Below are positions 25,201-37,931 of a stretch of 64,000 nt of DNA, one piece after another. Origin of the DNA: Aplysia californica (Eukaryota). How positions within the stretch are numbered: position 1 is the stretch's first letter; every line of letters starts with the position of its first letter. A program made the position numbers and the translations under genes. The stretch covers positions 560,381-624,380 of the forward strand of contig NW_004797466.1 of NCBI RefSeq assembly GCF_000002075.1, written 5' to 3'. Under the pieces are notes generated by a model that saw nothing but the letters and a program-made list of their open reading frames with translations, did no database searches and had not been told where the DNA came from.

Positions 25201-28200
25201 TCATATGGTCACAAAAATAAGGAAAGAGTAACAAACCATGTCTCGGAAGAATTAATTTTCACCCATATTTATTACAATAATAATAATAATAATAATAATG
25301 ATAAATAGCATTTGTATAGCCCATAACCCCGCTCTACAGCAAGCTCTATGTGCTTTTATTTACATACCATTACCCCAGCAGACCATAGAACACTCAGAAA
25401 CATTCTCAGCTTCCCGGGAAGCATACAGTGCAAGCAGCTGCTTAAGCGTTCACACACTATTATATAGTGATAATGTGAAACTGAGACAGGAAATATTACA
25501 TCCCAGTGACAGAATAAAAGAACCTTTCTCGATGCACACTTACAAAAGAGCTTTTCTACCTTGTACTTATAATATGCACACGTATAATCTATACAAGCAA
25601 ACGAAAAATAATGATGATACGTCAGAAGAAGGAAAATCTACATCCCTTTACAATTATACTGTTTTCAGTTTATACAACATTGGTATAAAAATAATTCGTT
25701 AAAAGCTCCATCACATCCATGGACATACAGACATTTTTGTGAATTGTATGTGCATTATTGTGTATTTGGCTCACCTCAGTAATAGGTAGACCCCTTCTGA
25801 AGAGGGATACAGTCTTTTGTATTCATGAATGTTCTAGATTGGAATCCTAGAGGGATCTTAGTTTATTTTAGTGCTTTCTATGGGAATGTTTCCTCTAAGC
25901 CTGCTACCCTGTTGGGGCTCAAAAAGTTCTATTCTATGTCAGCCAAGGTACTTAACTTCGCTATTTTCAGTAAACAAAACATGCCATGTACAGAAAGTAA
26001 GAGACAAGGGTAAGTTTTGCTCCTTGGCAGGTTGAACACCTCTTTCAAGGCAGAAAAGTGATATAGAAAGCAGGACTTCCAGGATAAATGCCCATCTCCA
26101 ATAAAACTGATCGAACAGATTGAGAGCCATAATAACTCTGGAAACAACCTAACTTCAGGAATGTCCTGTTCTGGATTTGAACTTGGGCCATCCATTTTGC
26201 AGTTGACTGTGATGATACCAAGAGAGATAATGGCACACCTGTTTCGCTTATTGATAGACTTTTTGAAAATGTACATTTTTTGTGCCTTTAATCAATCTTT
26301 TTCAGTAAAATCCTCACAGAAATGTGTTTTTATAAGGATATAAAAAGGTGTTAAGCCAAAAAAAGACAATTAGAAAAAAATTGCCCAACGGGCAGAAAAA
26401 CTTCAATTTCTTTGATTTCATTATTTTGACGAGCGCCTGATTTCACCACGATGCCTTACATTTATCTTCCTGCATTTTACATGAGCATAATGCATCAAGG
26501 TGTACGTGTGAAGGTGATATTAAACAATATGGACAAGCTGGAATGCAAAACACATAAAAAACTGTAGTAATATTCTGGGTCAAGGGTTCACAAGTTTGTA
26601 ACTGTGTCTCTGGCCTTGATGGGAAAAGTAAACATCAGAGGTCAGAGGGTATATAATCTCATGACAGCTGCTGCATGGGTGGGATGAGGTACTCTTAAAC
26701 CTTTATGTTTTGTATGCTATGTATTTAACACAAAAATGGGTTAAACATAGCAATTCTTAAAAAATCCAACCAGACGTCCTTTAAAAACATTGATTTAGGT
26801 TTTTATTTGACATTTTAAAAATAATTTATTTATGGATGTATCAAAAGATGTTCTGACCATAAGATATGCTTGGAAAAATTACCAAGTGGCCATTTTCTTT
26901 TGATATGAAAACTGTAACAATGAATTACGATGAACCATTTCTTTCTAAGCACCTCAAAGATCGCACCAGAACAAACTTGTACCGTTAGGGAACTGATAAA
27001 CACCATAACTATCACATTGTCAAATATTTTGTTGCTGTTTCAAGAGAAATGAGGAACTCCATGTGATCCTGTTTTTAGGGAAAGAGAGTAAAACCATTGG
27101 TGATACCACTTTTCTAGTAGCAACAATGATTTGGATGTTGAGCTCCCTTGTAGCGTAAGAAAAGATTAATCATTCGCTATCATCATCATCAATGCCTTTC
27201 ACCCCAGGCAGGGTATAGGCCGCATACAAGCTCCTTCCATTTATCTCTATCCTGGATCATTCTTCCTAGCTTGTTCTAAGTGAGCTTCATCTCTCTCATG
27301 TCTCTTTCCACACATCTCCTCCATGTCTCTCGAGGCCTACCCCTGCCTCGTGCTCCCTGTGGGTTCCATTGCAGTGACTGTCTTGTGGTGTTTCCGCTGG
27401 GCTTTCTGAAGGTGTGTCCCATCCAACGCCACTTTCTTAGTCTTATTTCTACTTCTATATCCTTTTGTCCTGCCCTTTCCCATAGCTGTTCATTTCTTAT
27501 TCTATCTTAATATTCGCTATACCTACCACATTTCATAGTGAGATCTGTACAGCTACGATCACAGTCGAACCCTCTCTAACACCGACCTATATAATACAAA
27601 CATCTGCCACTTATCGTATTTTCCTCCATTTCGTATTTTTTACATTGTAATGACACTATGTAAGACGTTCACTTTTCTCTTCGACAAGGGAAGGCCATCT
27701 TACAGTTCAGTTTCGACTTTACTTCCCCAGGTGTATTGGGTAGAATTTCTCAGTTTCAATTCTTGTGTGGTTCTTTTTTCCCCTGGTAATGGCTGCTAAT
27801 GCAAATACTTTTTAAATGTATGAATTAACAAAATTTTAAAGCCAGAATCTCTATATTCTGCCACAATATTATGAATACTGCTAGGGCTTACCTCTTTGTG
27901 GAGCTCTGCATCTTTGTATAAATTTTCATCTGCCTCTCTCTTTCTCCTTTCTTCCTCTTCCAGTCTCTTCAAACGTTCCCTCTCCTTGATAAACAAATGG
28001 AGTATAAAATCAATGGAAAAAGCTACTCACAGTTATACAAAGAATACCATGGAACTTAATTTTTTTCACAGCTTCTGAAAAAGTCGTTTTCGTGAAAAAA
28101 TCAAGCCAAGATCAAACCTTAAATCTGCAAATCACTAATATCCACCCTTGATAATTATTTTGAAAATACAACAAAAACAAATACAACTACTTAAAATCTA

Positions 28201-31200
28201 ACTTGGAAGAGTGCTCCATTCCTAAGTCAGTCATAATATTCTTATTCATATATTTCATATATATATTCCCATAAGCAGTCAACATGAAAGCATACAAGAC
28301 TTTGCCACCACTTTTTGGATTAACTAATGCCTTCCATTCTACCCTTCCTTGAAACTACAATGTAGTTAAGTGTTCCTTTGATGTCATGCATATTTGCATT
28401 GTCAATGTCTCAAAAAAACCCTGTTGGTACCCATTTTCATCAGAGCAGAAGCAGAAAAGAGTGTGTGTGTGTGTATCTTACTAAAAATACAACATTCAAA
28501 CATTCAAACTACGACAAGGTTAAGAACTGAACCTGTAACTCTACAAGCTTTAATAGATGGTTCCATAAATATGAAGACAGTACAAACATAATATTGTACA
28601 ATACCCACATCTCAAAAAAATTACGTTTTGATAAATCTCAAAAACATTTTTTTACCTCTTCATCCTCCTTCAACTTCCTCTCAGCATTCTCCTTTTCTCT
28701 AATTGCTGTTGATAAAAGATAAAAATTACTGGTGAGTTACGATCACCTGACTAAACAGGAAAGGTTTGGTACTATTCGAGTATAAACCAAAAAGAAATTA
28801 AAATTACATATCATTCTATTGTAACCCCCCCCCCCATTCCCCCAAATCCCACCACAGACAAGAAAACACTGTATTGAGAAGAGTAAAATATAAATGAGTA
28901 ATCAGTCTACTAGGCATCCTAGAGAAAAGAGGGATTGGTGAGTTCTTTCAAACGAAACAGGAAACAGATGGGTAATGTCAGGAGACAAAAAAAACATAGC
29001 TGATTGTCAAGGCATTTTGTTCTTCTCTATGTAGATCAAACACAGCTGGTCTGACATTTTTCCCTCCCCCCCCCTCTCATTTTTTCCCCTTTTGGTTGCG
29101 TTTTCTTTCTCACTGGTACTCCACAAATGCTTTCATTCAAGAATTGTTCTCCCTGTTTGAAACACTAAATGGCAAAAAAAAATGTCCTCAATGTTCTCTG
29201 CAGCAAAGGGCAAGCAAGCACAATGCGGAAGTTCATTATCACAGCTGAACTCTAGCATGGAATGATGTTTACAACTACATGTCACTCAGCTGACAGGCTA
29301 CATAACAACAGTTGCCCATGTCACAACAGGACCCAGACACAAATCAACATGCCCCCAGTTTGTGACCCCACCAATAAGGCTGTAGTCATCCCTTACCACA
29401 CGCACACAGCAATCACTAGAGAGAATAGAGAGTGCAAAGTCCAAGTACATAAATAATATAACTATAAAGCCTGCATACTTTTTTATTCCACAAAAGACAA
29501 CCTTCGCACAATATCAAAACTTCAGGTCATTCGGTATCTGTCAGGGTAATTTTTTATGTGCATTGGTGGAAAATTTAATATGAGCACGTTTTTTTTTCAT
29601 GATAAGAGAAAAAACATTTTTGTTCCTTTTTTTTAAAATATGGGGTTTTATGGCGCTCGCAACTGCATAAGGTCATATGAGCACGCCGTGTTCCTCTATG
29701 TTTCAAAACAAACCAAACAAAATTTAAAAATTTGACCGCTTTTCTAAAAATTGGGGTACAAAGAGTAGATATATTTTTCATCTGAAGTAGGATTACTATT
29801 GGCACAGAGCATAAGAATGAGCATGGCATAGGTGCAACCAGGAGCGCATAGATAAACATTTATTACAGAATTCAATTATGTCTGGGAAAATGACCCTGTC
29901 AAATTATAACAATAGCCTCAATTCTATTACTCCTAATGAAAATCAAACAAATTTTATAATATTATCCAAACAACTGATTTATCTAAAATATATGACCTAA
30001 CCTGTATTTTATTCTCGATAAAATTAGCACATAGTTATAAAAGAATCAATGCCAATTAGTTACTTTCTTTCGGCATTTTTAATGCAGTGAACATGCAGGA
30101 ACAACAAATACTCATAAACAGAAGGGCAAATGAAATGCATGGGCAAAACACTCAATTCATGGAATAGTACGACAATGCTTCCTACGTCATACATTGATGT
30201 TGTGGACGAAACCTTTTCACCCTGGCCCAGGCACATTTTAGCAAACATTTAACTCCACACATAGATAGAACATCATAACATGACAACCTCGCCCCAAAAC
30301 AGCAAACAAACAAAAAAGAGAAAACAATGACCAGATCATTAAGCTTAACTTCCGGCTCTACGCCACAAATTCGCAAACATCTGTCACAGTGAGCTACACT
30401 GACCGCAATACGGAAATAATAATGACATTATTTTCTCTCGACCAAGTTCTGTGCATCACTTCAGCTTTTGAAAATATCCCACCCCCCAAATTATCCAAAT
30501 TGTGTCGATATACGCTTGCCTTGAAACATTTACAACCACTAGCAATTATTTATTACCCAACAGAATTCCACTAATGTTCTGGGTTTTCGAGTAAACAAGC
30601 AGGATTATTTCTCCCCTGACAATAAAGTTGAATGAGAACGATTTTGTCCTTTCTCTCAATTTGCATTATAAATTATAAAGCACTTTCATTCAAGTATTGT
30701 TGTTCATCACGACGAACTATTGAAGTTTAGATTATTTTATAACTAGGAGTTGTGTGGGTTGGGGGATCCAATGTGTGACAGGAACTAGGGTATCCTGATC
30801 CAGGTAACAAAAGGTCTTGCGATGCAAGTGTGTTTGATGGGAGGTGTGTCAGTGGGGGGGGGGGGTAGAAGAACTTAACTCTGAAGGAAGATTCACACTA
30901 CACTGAACTCATGACAGAATTTGGAATTTAGCGAGATTATGGATGAAAATCGAAACACCATCGGAAAAACAGAAAAACAACAAACCAGAAAACTGAGAGA
31001 AAGACAAACATAAATGGGTCAGCGGTCTCAGCCTGTATGGACCTGCTCAATATCCAAGAACACATAGGCTCATTACTCAGATGATTTTACAACTAACAAA
31101 GGCCCATGTGAGAGGACTTTATTTTATTCGCCAGTAGCAGGAAGTGAACTCATTAGAAGATTTATACATTTACTGAGCCTTTAAATGTATAATGCACTGA

Positions 31201-33233
31201 GCTTTTGTATTAGGCATTCCTTTTCCATAGCTATGGACTTTGTAACCATTAACAAAAAAAACCCCAGATACTATGACCTTAATTGCAGCCAGTTACATTT
31301 CAGAGAGACATTATGGCTCCAGTTAAGGACACAGCAACTTTCCATTAAATAATCTCATGAAATAGTTGTTTGTTTCACAACAAAGTTATCTAATACATCA
31401 CAGATATACACAAATTCTTTGCACACAGGAGTGAGTGTCGGGGTCAATGCGGAATGAGCATGAAGAAGCCATGGGAATCATCATAAGACCAGTATGTTTC
31501 CATCTCCTTCCAATTCAGTACTTATTCCCCAATTGCAAGCTTAAATAAGAGATACCCAGGGTCAAAACTAAAGGGATTTTAAACACAACACCATGTGACA
31601 TGCCATCAATGGAGGAAGTGAGGTCACTGTGAAGGTCTCAACAAATGCTCCACTCAAAAAAAAATGTTTACAGAACATTGGTTTACCAGTTTACCTTCAC
31701 CTCAAAAAAGAAAGAGTTTGTTTCCTATAGCAAAGAAAGGAGAGAAAATCAGACATGTTTTATTCTTCAGCACACACTATCAATATACAATATCAACTAA
31801 AATATTCATCATTGCAAGTGGAAAGAAACCTGACATGCCTTGAAGAAAGAGAGTTTTGTAAACGTTACCCCACTGCTAGCTGCCATAAAAAGATTGAACT
31901 CACGGGCTAGAGCTTAGATGTAAAGTCATAAGAACTCACAGATATTATGTATGGGCAGAGAACTGCAAGATGAAGGTATTTCATTATATTCAGAGGTTTA
32001 GAATTACATTTTGCAATGCTTCCTCTTTTTATCATGTATCTTACGATAAATCTACTCCTGCTGAACAATAAGATCACCCAGTTTTGGTTTCAAGGGAAAT
32101 GACACTGAACTGAAATATCTATACATATATATATATAATGTATGAAAAGTGTGTGTTTGTGTGCGTTTGGGTGTCGAAGACAGCCACACATCATCAAAGA
32201 GAAAGGACGCTTTCTTTGAAAGATGAAGATCATGAACAGTATCATTACAAAATAGAGAAAAACACAAGATGAGGGGTGAGTGTAAAGTGGTTGTTTGTGT
32301 AGGTAATTTTCTTAGACAGCAATTAGAACAAGTCCTTCTGTACATAAATATAAAGTAGCTTCAATAAAACTGTGGGAAGAATGATTCAACTTGTAAACGT
32401 AGATACAATTGAAAATGAAAGTTAGTCAAAAGTCAAATGCTTGTAAGAGTACTGTAATGACTAAGCACTCAACATAAATCAGAACATACCTTCTTCTCTT
32501 TCCCTTCGAAGTCTTTCCTCTTCTGCTTTCTTGTTTTCCTGAGAAAAAAATATTTCAAAGAATAGCAAGGTCAAGAAATATTCCAGCATTTGAGGAGAAA
32601 GAAAAAGCAAGGCTCAAACCTTGCACACAGAGGTCATGACTGATTCCTTCTCATGGATGATATTTTGAAAAGCATTTCCATATTTTTGTAGGGATGTGTC
32701 CTTTACAGCCTAGACTGACCATTTCGGATGTGGTTGAAACAGTCCACTTCCAAAATGTCCTAAATAGCTAAAATAGCAATTTTAAATATTATCTTTACTG
32801 CATAATGAGTATGAACATTTTTTTACTAAAGGCAAGCAAAAATTAAGATAAATGCAGTGTCGATTTTATGTAAAATAGAATAGATCTTAAACTTCTACGA
32901 TCGAAAGAACTAAACATTGAAAGGACAACGTCCGTACAAGAAGAGATAAACACATACCTTACCGATACCACTTATAAAGAAATAACACTTTCAGTTTTAT
33001 AACAACAACTATGCTAGTTACAAATACACAGTATCATACCAATCCAAATACACTAGCATGCACACCAAACACCCCAACACATGTATACACACACAAATAC
33101 TAACACAACTAAAACACACACAAAAGCAAATATGCACATATGTACACAAACACTTTCAAACATACACACCTCACACACACAACTTGCACACATACACCAC
33201 CCATGCACACACACATACACATCAGGTCACACA

Positions 33234-33301
<68 letters not shown>

Positions 33302-35977
33302 AGCTCATATCACAGATCAGATCATATAAAATCCCTTTAAAGTATGTGAACTTACAAGTTCTTCCAACTTTTTGGCAGCTTCTCGTTCTTGCTGTCTTCT
33401 CATCCTCTCTGCCTTAGCAGCAGCTGCCTCCTGTTCTTTGCGTTTTTGTCGCTCTAAACACAAAGAATACATTCACATATTGCACACATAACAAGAATAT
33501 ACCATAATGCTTATCTGTTCAATAAAAAGTTTAAAAACCCTTTTAAAAAAACCCAACAAAGTAAAATATGCAGAAAGATGAGTTGGTAAACAGAAATTTT
33601 TTCTTGAATATTCGTTCTTGAAAAGAAATAGAGTCACTTTAACACTTTGAATCATATTATCTCCACATGCACTAATAAAATAAAAAAATAGAGCAGGATC
33701 AATAAAGTGCTGCATAAATTAAGTCTTAAAAGATCCAAACGTTTTACCTTTCTGTAATCGTTCTCTTTCTCGTTCCTCTTCCTCCAAGATCTGTTTGCTT
33801 GGAATGTCACAAAGCATCACTTCTATCTCTGCAAACGTCACACCACTGCCTGGTACAGCTCGTGATTTTACAAAGTTGCTCCATTTCCCAGGCGAGAAGA
33901 ATCTTCCATGGACAGACTGGACAAACCATCTATGGACAAAATTTTGTTTTCTGGGATATTCTGATATATTTCCACATAGAAACAGAAGTGTTTTGATATA
34001 GAAAGTATACATTTCCACATTTGATGCGATAAAAGTAATCAAAAGTAGCAAATTCTTCAGTTCAATATGGGAATGATGGAAACTGATATTTTACTTCAGC
34101 TGAACAGAACATCTCAAGCCCAGTTTTATGTAAGGGGTTTAATCTAAAATACAGCTCACCTTCCCTATGAGACACACATCTATATAAACAAAAAATAAAA
34201 ACATCAGAAATGCTCAGAGCTTCAAAACTAAATTAGTGAAAATATATTTTAATAAAGTCAACAAGAGAATGCATATTCAATTTTGAAAAAATACAAATGT
34301 TACAGACAGCAATAGCTATTGAGAGCATGAGTACTTGAGATTATGCAAGATGGAATTAAGCTTTAAATAAACCAGTGTAAATGAGCGCGAGAATTTCTTT
34401 TGTCCATTAGAGAACTGTTGGAATTAAGTGATGATGTTCAACTTTCTACCATCTTTGATACATCTGGCTGATAACTGTATCACAAGATGGCAAAGTGCAG
34501 ACAGATTACAAGTATCACATTTCCGTGTATGAATATGGCTCTTTTAAGCTGTTCACATGATTCTATAGTAAAATGAACTTCATGGTTCACTATAATCATT
34601 TTTTAGGGGTTTTTTGTACCAAGTTAACACAAAATTTTCACCTGAAAACAGCTGAATTGTTTCATTTTGAAGTAAATGAAGTGCATAATTTTCTATTAGG
34701 TAAAAAACATAAAGCATAGCATTTGTATCAAACCACGTACTTTGCTTGAGCCACAGTGATGCTTTGTTTCTGTTCTCGGTCCAAAAAGGAGAATTCCCAT
34801 CGGAAATCTTGAATAAGAAAATAGCGACGATCCATCTCTTGAATAAGATCATACAACTCACTGATATGGCAGTTGTTTGTAGCACAGATGTACTTTACAG
34901 ATGCAAAAACCTGAAGAAAAAAAACAAAAAACAAACATCTCTTAGCATTTTCAAAACTTGAAAACACATGTTATCGATTCTGTTATGTTACTCAAGTTCA
35001 TAAAGCATGTTAGATTTATACAATTTTTCTCCCTTGACTGTACCCACCACACATCACACCCTTCATCTGCTCAGCTTGTGATTTAAAGACAGCGGACTCT
35101 TTTCTCCACATAGCAGGATCTCACATGATTTTTTTTCTTCAGAAAGACGTTAATAAACTATTTTTCTAATTTTACCCACAGGTAGATTTTGCTTTCCATT
35201 TTATGTGAAAGGGCATAGATGTAATTCACTTACAATAGACTATCATGTTACTCAGAATATGATCCCGTACCAACAATTTTGTTTCATGTTATAAATACAA
35301 TGAAGGACAGGCTCTTACGCGATTAAAGTAAGGGCCATGCTTCCAAAAACATTCAATCACAGGACACCAGTCATCTCAACTTTTAATGGTGAAAAAAAAA
35401 ATTGTAGATTCTACAGAGTGAGAGTGTGTAGCTTATATCTTAGAAAGTAGAAGTGAACAAGATAGAAGAGAGTATTTGTAGGCTAAGAATAGTTTCTTCT
35501 CTATTTTGTGCCTTTTTTGAAAAGCTACTGAAACAAGCTAGGCTGCCTTTAGCACCTATGCTTTTTCTTGTCAATGCTTCATTTTTTTTCTCTCTGGGTG
35601 TCTATGCATCTAGTTCATTGTCAGCACACTCAATTCTTCCATGGACATATTAGAATTTACTTGTAAATTTTCATATATACCCCAGTCTTCTCTTTGTTCA
35701 TCTTTCTTTCTGTCCATCTAAAAATCTCGAATCTCTTTCCCCAATTCCCAGTCCTAATAGCTCTTGTTCTTGCCATAGTTGTTTACTAATAATGGACATA
35801 TCTTACCTGTGGTAGACTTATTCCTCCCATTCTCAGATCTCCATGCAATATTTGGACTTGTATTGGTGTAAGTTCTTCAACTCCATTTGCATCGTACTGA
35901 GCAAAAACTTGTTCAAGAACTTTCTTTTTCTCAGCTCCATCAAAATTTTGGGATGTGTTCCTGAGAACCTCGGTCAT
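19218..35977 (-). CDS. Uncharacterised 543-aa protein: EF-hand-like N-terminus, E/K/R-rich helical linker, C-terminal dynein MTBD-like domain
   Basis: Twelve phase-consistent GT-AG exons: 35977-35807, 34910-34741, 33929-33748, 33453-33356, 32538-32490, 28705-28656, 27984-27892, 24551-24422, 23339-23172, 22191-21911, 20734-20549, 19271-19218 (1632 nt). Runs from MTEVLRN... to ...EQESS*. EF-like loops FAQYDANGVEEL and FSFLDREQKQSI. C-terminus EIRSYTSPP...LLLGHKEGETKDWK...SAGAATFFVW. Confidence 0.9.
19594..20400 (-). mobile_element. Decayed Tc1/mariner (maT/DD37D-like) derivative with ~280-bp inverted arms
   Basis: TA|CAGGGTAATTAAAAAAGAATAC ... GTATTCTTTTGAATCACCTTG|TA. Minus-strand transposase relics DFIFLQDGALPHWH, WPARS.DL..CDFF, YAKDEVYVPP and GGHIEHL*. 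Confidence 0.85.
23975..24228 (-). mobile_element. tRNA-derived SINE (Arg-like head) with a conserved central domain
   Basis: A-box TGGCGGAGCGG and B-box GGTTCGAGCC, then CCACCCAGCAGTAATGGGTACCTG and a GGGAACAACTCTA tail. The acceptor stem does not pair. Confidence 0.8.
27181..27511 (-). mobile_element. 5'-truncated RTE-clade LINE 3' end
   Basis: Minus strand encodes RKWRWIGHTLRKP...WNPQGARGRGRPRETWRR...QDRDKW, followed by a (GAT)n tail. TSD ATTCGCTAT at 27172-27180 and 27512-27520. Confidence 0.9.
33060..33299. repeat. Degenerate (CA)n followed by (CT)n microsatellite
   Basis: Directly visible. Confidence 0.9.
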
Positions 35978-36202
35978 GACGGTTATCTGGAGAACATGGG
36001 ACACAATGTTTTCAATCATGAAACAAAACTACAGATAGTGAATTACCTAATTTTGAGCTTATTCTGTAGCAATACTACAGCTTTTCTAAAAATATTACTT
36101 TTAATTTAGAAACCACACAGATGTAAAGACCACTACTTCTATAGAAAAATGCTTTTTATTTTTTGAAAATCGGTCAACAAATTTTTGATTTGTTACGGCT
36201 GT

Positions 36203-36263
36203 TTTAGTTTAGCCTTAGTAAGGTTTTATGGTACTCGCAACTGCATAAGGACATATGAGCGCC
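36203..36263 (-). mobile_element. 3'-end fragment of the ~180-bp retroposon
   Basis: CTCGCAACTGCATAAGGACATATGAGCGCC. A second such fragment lies at about 29640-29682. Confidence 0.7.
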
Positions 36264-37589
36264 AAGGAATGGATGTCAACAGCAAAATCAAAATGGGGAA
36301 TCAGGCTTACTCTGCTCACCTCTCTAGCCTAAACAGCACAAAGTCTGCTTCGACTATCAAGGCATGCCGGAAATAGAAGTTCACGAGAGAGTGACAAACA
36401 TACAAAAGAAGTAGAGGAAAAATTATGATAGTATAAGGATGAGGAAAGAAGAAGCAGCAGATTTCCCCCTATTAGCCTATATATGTTGTTCCGGCACAGT
36501 ATGAGCATGACACTGATAAATCAGCCCATTTACAATTCTACTGTGCATAAGAACATGTTAATATCCCCCCTTTGGGAATGGCCTATAAAGACAGCTTCAG
36601 TTAGAAGAACTGCCCTGGTGGGGGGGGGGGAGTTATGGCTGTGTACATGTTTGAAATTGTGACATTTTGGAGAAAATTCGCAGGGAGGAATAAAGGGGAA
36701 ATGGAACCAAAATATTTAACTTAACATATTACTATCATTTACGGACATAATGAGCTGAAAATTGGACAACAAAATTGAAAATGAAAGAATTAAAGTTGTA
36801 ATCTCAGTACCCAGACTATATAATAATGCTAATAATAATAATTATGCACAAGCACATAGCTTGTTGACATACACATGTCCATTCTGTTATAACAGTAATA
36901 TGTGGAGGTATACAATTCTATATGTTAGAAAAGGGAAAAGTGAGGGGGGAAAAAGCTTTGAAAGATTGATTAAATTAAATCGTAAACTCAACTTGATAAC
37001 ATATATAGGCCTATATATATATATATATGCATTATAACTAGTTGAGCAAATTTATCCTCAATTAATTCGTCATTTGAACCGTGAGGATAGGCTTGTACCC
37101 CGCTTCCATACCATGAAAATATGCCTTTGAACTACAATACTGCATTCATGTCGTTCAGATGTATGTATATTCTGTCACATTCTAGTTTGGAAAATTTAAA
37201 CAGTATTCAAGTGAAAGTGAAAGGCAACATTGTATCACTCTTTATGTCTCCTGCCTACTTTGATCTCCCTTTCCCTTCTTTCACTCAAGGCATCATATGT
37301 ATTACGTGCCCATCACATAACAAAACACAAATGGCAGGTGTTGCACCCCATCATTATATCATCATAGCATTATCATTAGGCATTAGGGTGACAAACCTTT
37401 CGTATCCGGGTATACACTTCAGTAAACCTCTCAGACTGCAGGTATGATCTAAAACGCTGAATTTAAAAGAACATCACTTTACAGTATTAATACTCTATTT
37501 ATCTCTTTATCTTGCACCCACTGCTCAGAAGATTTTGTGGTTTAAGTTCTCACTAATTTTAGTCTATTTATTCCTTCATGGACTTCTCA

Positions 37590-37931
37590 ATCTGCTCGCC
37601 GCCATTTGTAAACAATTCCACATCAACGGAGATTAAATTCCATTTTTTTCATTGGCTCTCTGACATGAAATCAAAGACGGGGGATATTTTGGCCACCAGT
37701 TTAGACGGAAAGTTGTTTCTGTAATTGAAGATCACCAAAGTTTACAACACTGACTGAAAGCATGGCGAGATGATAAGAGTCTAGATTTCTATGTCATGTA
37801 TAGATCTGTGTGATGAGATTAGACTCCTCAAAGACACCAAACCAGTGGAAAAGACTATTTGTAGATTAGTAAGCCGAAGGCCAAGGAATAATAGTTTGTG
37901 TTAAGTTTGTTTCCTGCAAAGTATCGACAGG
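37590..37931. promoter_or_regulatory. Putative bidirectional promoter between the EF-hand/MTBD-like gene and PAK1IP1
   Basis: Genes are head-to-head. YY1-type GCCGCCATTT at ~37598-37607, forkhead-type GTAAACAA at 37608-37615 and ATTGG (CCAAT box) at 37651. Confidence 0.55.
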
